Assembly (NCBI GenBank): GCA_049971295.1
Contig: JBMFLH010000059.1
Span: 1 to 11,889 of the forward strand
Direction: 5' to 3'
From: Candidatus Ratteibacteria bacterium
GTDB lineage: Bacteria; Ratteibacteria; UBA8468; B48-G9; DTJG01
DNA length: 11,889 nt
Below the pieces are notes generated by a model. The model did no database searches. It was not told where the DNA came from and was given only the letters and a program-made list of their open reading frames with translations. Positions 7,561 through 11,889 of this stretch are shown here, piece by piece; position 1 is the first letter of the stretch; the number at the start of each line of letters is the position of its first letter. Made by a program: the position numbers and the translations under genes.

Positions 7561-9343
7561 CCACGCTCCTTTCTTGTCTGGATAACATTGACTCAAGATT
7601 TTTTGCATTTGCCTGGTTAATACAGAATTGTAATTCCTCAAGCTCTTTATCACAGGACTGACCGGTTTCTGTTTTTTGTTTGATAATTTCCTGCAATTTT
7701 CTACGGCGATTTTCAAATGATTTCTTACATAGCACTTTCACACAGTCATAAAATTCTTTCCTTGTGATATCAATGTTTTCAGGTTCATTTTCCCCAAGAA
7801 TCTCACGGGTTAAAAATCCACTGAGTTCTGAATCATTGATCTGACTTAAAATTTTCGAAATATTTTTTCCGGATATTTCATTATTAGTACAGTGTTCAAC
7901 GACCTGACTGATTGTTTCTGGCAAAAAATTGAGATATGGTTTAATTTCATCAACCCAGGAGGGTTGCCTGAGAAGTATTCTGATTAACGTTCTTTCTGCG
8001 TGATTTTCTGCACATGGCTGAATCTGGACCTCAGAAGGTGAAGTAAAAAATTGAGAGGTCTCTTTTTCACAAATTTCTTTTAGTTGCTCCGCAAGAATAT
8101 TTTCGCTGACGCCTGCGATTTTTGAAAGTTGCCCGATACGGATAGACCTTTCAATGTCATCAGGAATGTGTTTTATTAATCCAAGTATCTCTTCTATCAG
8201 GTCAGCGCGCCCCTTTGGATTGTCGATAGAGTGTTTCTGACTGCCGATGTGGAAAGCAAAATCCACAACATCTTTTGACTGATTGAGTAAATTTTTCAAT
8301 GCCAGAGTACCATAATTGTCAAGAAAATCCTCTGGATCAAAACCAGAAGGCATCACTCCAATTTTTACCTCAAATCCACCTACCAATATCATTTCGAGGC
8401 TTCTAAAAGCCGCAGACGCACCAGCAGAATCAGAATCAAAAACCAGAAGTATTTTGTCTGTCCATCGTTTCAAAACTCGCATATGATTTTCTGTCAAAGC
8501 TGTCCCCAGAGGAGCGATGGTGTTTTCAAAACCTGCCATATGCATTTTTATAAGGTCAAAATACCCTTCCACAATAATTGCAAATCCAGAACTTTTTATC
8601 TTTTCTTTTGCCCAGTTCAGACCATAAAAGAGATTGCCCTTTTTAAAAACATAGTTTTCTGGTGTATTCAAGTACTTTGGTTGCTGCTGGTCCTCTATGG
8701 CTCTTGCTCCAAAGCCACAGACATTGTTGCGATGGTCAAAAATTGGTATTATCACTCTATGCCTAAATAGGTCTGTATATCCGATTTCTTTTCTTATAAC
8801 AAGACCCGCCTGCTCAAAATCATCAATTGCAAGTTTATTTGCTTTGATGTAATCCATCAAACTATTTCCGGCCGGTGCATATCCAAGAACAAATTTTTCG
8901 CGATACAATTGCCCTATTCCACGTTTTTCAAGAAAGTCAAGTGCTACATTGCCCTGACTTGATTCCAGGGCCATTTTGAAAAAATTTGTGGCTAATTTAT
9001 TTGCTTCAAAAATTGCTTTCCTTCTTTCATCCACCTGATCAGAATATCCTGCGTACGGTATCTGAACACCTGTCATTTCTGCTGCAAGCGTAACTGCTTC
9101 TCCAAAACTGGCATTTTCAATTTTCATCAGAAAACTCAAAACATTACCGCCCGTATTACATCCAAAACAATGGAAAATTTGCTTTTCGGGATTTACGAAA
9201 AAAGAAGGTGTCTTTTCCGGATGAAAAGGACACAGACCCCTATAGTTCCTTCCGGTTTTCTTTAATTTTACGTACTTTGATACTAATTCCAGTATGTCAA
9301 GTTTTTCAATGATTTGGTCAACTTTTTCAGATGGTATCCTCAT
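7535..9343 (-). CDS. dnaG: DNA primase
   Basis: CHC2 zinc finger (CPFHPEKTPSF...FHCFGC), FGAR, KYLNTPEN, TOPRIM motifs VEGYFD, PLGTALT, FDSDSAG, DPED; classic dnaG-rpoD adjacency with a 26 bp overlap. Confidence 0.97.
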   Translation of the reverse strand: MRIPSEKVDQIIEKLDILELVSKYVKLKKTGRNYRGLCPFHPEKTPSFFVNPEKQIFHCFGCNTGGNVLSFLMKIENASFGEAVTLAAEMTGVQIPYAGYSDQVDERRKAIFEANKLATNFFKMALESSQGNVALDFLEKRGIGQLYREKFVLGYAPAGNSLMDYIKANKLAIDDFEQAGLVIRKEIGYTDLFRHRVIIPIFDHRNNVCGFGARAIEDQQQPKYLNTPENYVFKKGNLFYGLNWAKEKIKSSGFAIIVEGYFDLIKMHMAGFENTIAPLGTALTENHMRVLKRWTDKILLVFDSDSAGASAAFRSLEMILVGGFEVKIGVMPSGFDPEDFLDNYGTLALKNLLNQSKDVVDFAFHIGSQKHSIDNPKGRADLIEEILGLIKHIPDDIERSIRIGQLSKIAGVSENILAEQLKEICEKETSQFFTSPSEVQIQPCAENHAERTLIRILLRQPSWVDEIKPYLNFLPETISQVVEHCTNNEISGKNISKILSQINDSELSGFLTREILGENEPENIDITRKEFYDCVKVLCKKSFENRRRKLQEIIKQKTETGQSCDKELEELQFCINQANAKNLESMLSRQERSVDVKNGEKE

Positions 9344-9347
9344 GGTA

Positions 9348-9395
9348 CTAAAAAACCCCCCCGCAGAAATTTGTCGTGGAAAATTCGTGATTCAT
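9348..9395 (-). other. Candidate 15-codon upstream ORF in the dnaG leader (MNHEFSTTNFCGGVF*)
   Basis: ATG at 9395-9393 lies 10 nt after the predicted -10; TAG at 9350-9348 lies 4 nt before the dnaG ATG. The ORF is present in the sequence; translation is unproven. Confidence 0.3.
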
Positions 9396-9405
9396 TTTTT
9401 AATTA

Positions 9406-9435
9406 GTTATACCTGTAACAATATCCTGGTGTCAA
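9406..9435 (-). promoter_or_regulatory. Putative sigma70 promoter of the dnaG-rpoD operon
   Basis: Minus strand: TTGACA (9435-9430), 18 nt spacer, TATAAC (9411-9406). Confidence 0.65.
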
Positions 9436-9479
9436 GATATGGTAGAAACAAATGATTTTTTCGATGGGTTTTCATGGGG

Positions 9480-9485
9480 TATAAT
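9480..9485 (+). promoter_or_regulatory. -10 box of the lepB promoter
   Basis: TATAAT 6 nt before the lepB ATG; no convincing -35. Confidence 0.55.
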
Positions 9486-9491
9486 TAAGCT

Positions 9492-9983
9492 ATGATTTTT
9501 AGAATTATCAGAACTGTCATTGGCGCAGCTATTCTTTTTCTTGTTGGGTATTATTTTGGGCTGCGGGGTGTGAGATTTTATCAGGTAATTTCTGAATCAA
9601 TGCTTCCCACACTGGAAGTCGGGGATCGTTTGATTGGAACAAAATTTGAAAAACTTGACTATGGGGATATCGTTGCTCTTGATGACCCGCTGGAGAAAAA
9701 TGGCATTATTATCAAGCGGGTTGTTGGATTGGAAGGCGATCTTATTGAAATAAAAAACGGCTATCTTTACAGGAACCGTGAAAAAGTTGAAGAACCATAT
9801 ATTATGGAAAAACCAGATTACAAAGTTGAACCTGTGCGATTGAAAACAGGAGAAGTGTTTGTTCTTGGAGATAATAGAAACAACAGTACAGACAGCAGTG
9901 TCTGGGGACCTGTTCACATATCATCTGTTCATGCTAAATTAACAATTCGTTACTGCCCAATAAAAAGATTCAAAATTCTATAA
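9492..9983 (+). CDS. lepB: Signal peptidase I (S26A), short single-TM type
   Basis: One N-terminal hydrophobic segment; catalytic Ser in SESMLPTL..GD, catalytic Lys in IIKRVVGLEGD, box E FVLGDNRNNSTDS..WG. Confidence 0.92.
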   Translation: MIFRIIRTVIGAAILFLVGYYFGLRGVRFYQVISESMLPTLEVGDRLIGTKFEKLDYGDIVALDDPLEKNGIIIKRVVGLEGDLIEIKNGYLYRNREKVEEPYIMEKPDYKVEPVRLKTGEVFVLGDNRNNSTDSSVWGPVHISSVHAKLTIRYCPIKRFKIL

Positions 9984-10023
9984 ACAAGGTACGGACCTCA
10001 CATGAGATCCGTACCTTGTTTTC
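9982..10023. terminator. Probable bidirectional intrinsic terminator between convergent lepB and HU
   Basis: Perfect 14 bp inverted repeat AAACAAGGTACGGA (9982-9995) / TCCGTACCTTGTTT (10008-10021), with inner CTCA/TGAG; T-rich tail TTGTTTTCTTT on the + strand. Confidence 0.85.
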
Positions 10024-10037
10024 TTTCAACACCCTTA

Positions 10038-10307
10038 TTACTTCACAGCAGCTTTCAACTCAGAACCCGGTCTGAATACAGGAATGTTCTTTGCGGGAAT
10101 TTTGATTGTCTCACCGGTTCTTGGATTGCGCCCTGTTCTTGCTTTTCTCTTGACAACCTTAAATGTGCCAAATCCCACAAGTGTCACTGGTTTTCCCTTT
10201 TTCAAAGATGCTTTAATACTATCAATAACTGTGTCTACTGCTGCAGCAGCTTCTTTTTTTGAGCATACGACCTTTGCTACTGCTTCAATCAATTCTCCTT
10301 TATTCAT
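10038..10307 (-). CDS. hup: DNA-binding protein HU
   Basis: MNKGELIEAVA...VTLVGFGTF...RKARTGRNPRTGETIKIPA...FRPGSELKAAV; tandem TAA TAA stop. Start moved to ATG 10307 because the GTG at 10316 is part of the SD AAGGAGGTG. Confidence 0.96.
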   Translation of the reverse strand: MNKGELIEAVAKVVCSKKEAAAAVDTVIDSIKASLKKGKPVTLVGFGTFKVVKRKARTGRNPRTGETIKIPAKNIPVFRPGSELKAAVK

Positions 10308-10336
10308 TGGATTCACCTCCTTTCATAATTTTTTTC

Positions 10337-10365
10337 AATATATCACTGGCTTTTAAACTTGTCAA
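10337..10365 (-). promoter_or_regulatory. Near-consensus sigma70 promoter of hup
   Basis: Minus strand: TTGACA (10365-10360), 17 nt spacer ending TG-A, TATATT (10342-10337). Confidence 0.8.
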
Positions 10366-10378
10366 GTGCGTCAGAGTA

Positions 10379-10407
10379 TTGACTGATAAGCATTTTGGAA
10401 TTATTGT
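10379..10407 (+). promoter_or_regulatory. Putative sigma70 promoter of tilS
   Basis: TTGACT (10379-10384), 17 nt spacer, TATTGT (10402-10407), then 6 nt to the ATG. Confidence 0.65.
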
Positions 10408-10413
10408 AAATAT

Positions 10414-11823
10414 ATGGGCAAGGAATTTCAAGAGATTATTAAGACCCTGCAGGATGGAATCCGCGCCGTTGTTGATAAAAGCGGGATCCTATTCGCTGTT
10501 TCAGGAGGACCCGATTCAGTTGCTCTTGTAGATATCGTGGTAAACGAAATGCCTCAATTAATGGGAAGAATACACATTGCTTACATTCATCATGGATTGA
10601 GAAAAAATGCAGACACAGAACTGGATTTTGTAAAAAAACTTTCAAAAAACTATCAGGCAATTTTTCACTATAAGAAAATTAAATTAAAAAAAGAAAAGGG
10701 AATGTCCGTTGAAGAACAGGCTCGTATCAAGCGATACAAAGCGCTTGTTGAGATTGCAAGACAGTCAGGATGTAAAGCAATTGTGACTGCTCACACTCTT
10801 GATGATCAGGCTGAAACGATTTTACTCAATCTTATAACAGGAACTGGATTGAAAGGACTTTGTGGAATACAACCAGTTTCACGGATAAATGATATTGTGC
10901 TATTAAGACCCATGCTTTCAATATCAAAAAACCAGATTCTTTCTTATCTTGAAAATAAAAAACTCAAATATATGATTGACGAAAGCAATCTAAATACAAA
11001 ATTTGTGAGAAATTTTCTGAGGCATACGATTTTTCCCCTTCTTGAAAAAATCAATCCATCTTGCAAAAAAAATTTATCAAGAACAGCAAAAATTCTTAGA
11101 GACGACTATGACTTTATCGATTCTTTCGTGGCAAAAAAAATAAAAAAATATGCTGTTGAAAAAAATGGTTATATTGAATTTTCAAGAAGGATGTTTATAA
11201 AGCAGCCAGTATCCGTTCAAAGAATTTTTTTGAGACAGGTTTTAATCAATATATCTAAAAGCGCCCATCCACCGGATTTTGCAACAGTAGAAAATCTGCG
11301 TCATTTAATATCGCAGAAGAAACAGGGTTTTGTTAACAAACCGAAAGTCCAAGTAGTTTGTGATGAAAACAGAGTAATTTTGCCCGCAAGAATTGACGAA
11401 AAAAACATTACCCTGAAAAGTTCTGTGAAAATTGCTGTTCCAGGTAAGACAATTGTCCCGGCAATAGGATGGAAAATCATTACGGAATATACTGATTTTT
11501 CAGAAGGATTTTTCAAAAATCAGGATAAACTGGTTGCGTATGTAAATGTAGAAAAACTCAGGGGCCCTTTGATTTTGAAGCACCCCGACAGAAACGAAAG
11601 TTTCATTCCGCTTGGAATGAGAAAAGTTGTGAGCTTTAAAAAATACTGGAAAACGCATAAGAAAAAATTAAAAAGTATTACAAAGATTCCTCTTGTTATT
11701 GAAGATAGTGAAAAATGTGGTAGAATTGTATGGGTCATTGGTGGCCATATATCACAAACTTTTGGCATTGAAAAAAATAAACCAGTTCTCAAAATATCTG
11801 CAAGTAAACTTAATATCCTATAA
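10414..11823 (+). CDS. tilS: tRNA(Ile)-lysidine synthetase
   Basis: PP-loop AVSGGPDSVAL, HHGLR, EEQAR..RY, TAHTLDDQAETIL, GTGLKGL, RPML, DESN....VRN.LR; diverged Lys-rich C-terminal domain with FIPLGM. Confidence 0.95.
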   Translation: MGKEFQEIIKTLQDGIRAVVDKSGILFAVSGGPDSVALVDIVVNEMPQLMGRIHIAYIHHGLRKNADTELDFVKKLSKNYQAIFHYKKIKLKKEKGMSVEEQARIKRYKALVEIARQSGCKAIVTAHTLDDQAETILLNLITGTGLKGLCGIQPVSRINDIVLLRPMLSISKNQILSYLENKKLKYMIDESNLNTKFVRNFLRHTIFPLLEKINPSCKKNLSRTAKILRDDYDFIDSFVAKKIKKYAVEKNGYIEFSRRMFIKQPVSVQRIFLRQVLINISKSAHPPDFATVENLRHLISQKKQGFVNKPKVQVVCDENRVILPARIDEKNITLKSSVKIAVPGKTIVPAIGWKIITEYTDFSEGFFKNQDKLVAYVNVEKLRGPLILKHPDRNESFIPLGMRKVVSFKKYWKTHKKKLKSITKIPLVIEDSEKCGRIVWVIGGHISQTFGIEKNKPVLKISASKLNIL

Positions 11824-11835
11824 AAATTTAATAAA

Positions 11836-11889
11836 TCATACGCGATGCCTCAAAATTCTAAACATTCTCTCTAAAATGTTTATCACCTC
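11836..11889 (-). CDS. Possible 3' end of a convergent gene entering from the window edge (...EVINILERMFRILRHRV*)
   Basis: Open frame from the edge to TGA at 11838-11836, 12 nt from the tilS stop; only 18 codons visible. Confidence 0.3.
   Translation of the reverse strand, partial: EVINILERMFRILRHRV

Noticed and set aside
7561..7716. 52-residue N-terminal extension of RpoD in the ORF track
   Set aside because: It would overlap dnaG by 182 bp; a strong SD precedes ATG 7560.
5448..8770. Plus-strand ORFs 5448-5687, 5947-6357, 6569-6814, 7193-7534 and 8483-8770
   Set aside because: Antisense to the MBL gene, rpoD and dnaG; their Ser/Phe/Ile-rich composition mirrors the sense codon usage.
9344..9395. 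G7-T6 run in the dnaG leader as an intrinsic terminator or attenuator
   Set aside because: No C-rich upstream arm to pair with the G run; only a weak AU-rich stem (GAATTT/AAATTT) is available.
10002..10660. ORFs 10002-10262, 10084-10356, 10259-10531 and 10439-10660 over hup and tilS
   Set aside because: Antisense or out-of-frame shadows that cross terminator or promoter elements; no motifs.
11859..11882. Inverted repeat TAAACATT-N8-AATGTTTA after tilS
   Set aside because: AT-rich weak stem without a U-tract, possibly inside a convergent CDS; cannot be judged at the window edge.
1..11889. CRISPR arrays, tRNA/rRNA genes, IS elements, prophage or defence genes, stop-codon recoding
   Set aside because: No repeat-spacer pattern, cloverleaf, transposase or integrase motifs seen; the core genes translate full length with the standard code.

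Overview
AT-rich, gene-dense bacterial core-chromosome segment, standard genetic code, with no rRNA, tRNA, CRISPR or mobile element visible. Gene order: partial unknown CDS (-), secreted right-handed beta-helix GH141-like protein (-), glyQ (+) coupled to a URO-D/MtaA-like protein (+), then DegT aminotransferase, MBL-fold hydrolase, rpoD and dnaG (all -), signal peptidase I (+), HU (-), tilS (+), and possibly the end of a convergent gene. The proteins are mostly ordinary; the interest is in the intergenic DNA. (1) Three back-to-back sigma70 promoter pairs are readable by eye. In each pair the + strand gene (glyQ, lepB, tilS) has its ATG 6-7 nt after a -10 box with no Shine-Dalgarno (SD), so it looks leaderless, whereas rpoD, HU and DegT have strong SDs. 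(2) The dnaG leader holds a 15-codon upstream ORF ending GGG GGG GTT TTT TAG, with the geometry of the prfB +1 frameshift cassette; a +1 shift would enter dnaG in frame (speculative). (3) glyQ lacks an adjacent glyS. Starts of glyQ, the URO-D gene, rpoD and HU were revised relative to the ORF track. All family calls come from motif recognition, not database searches.
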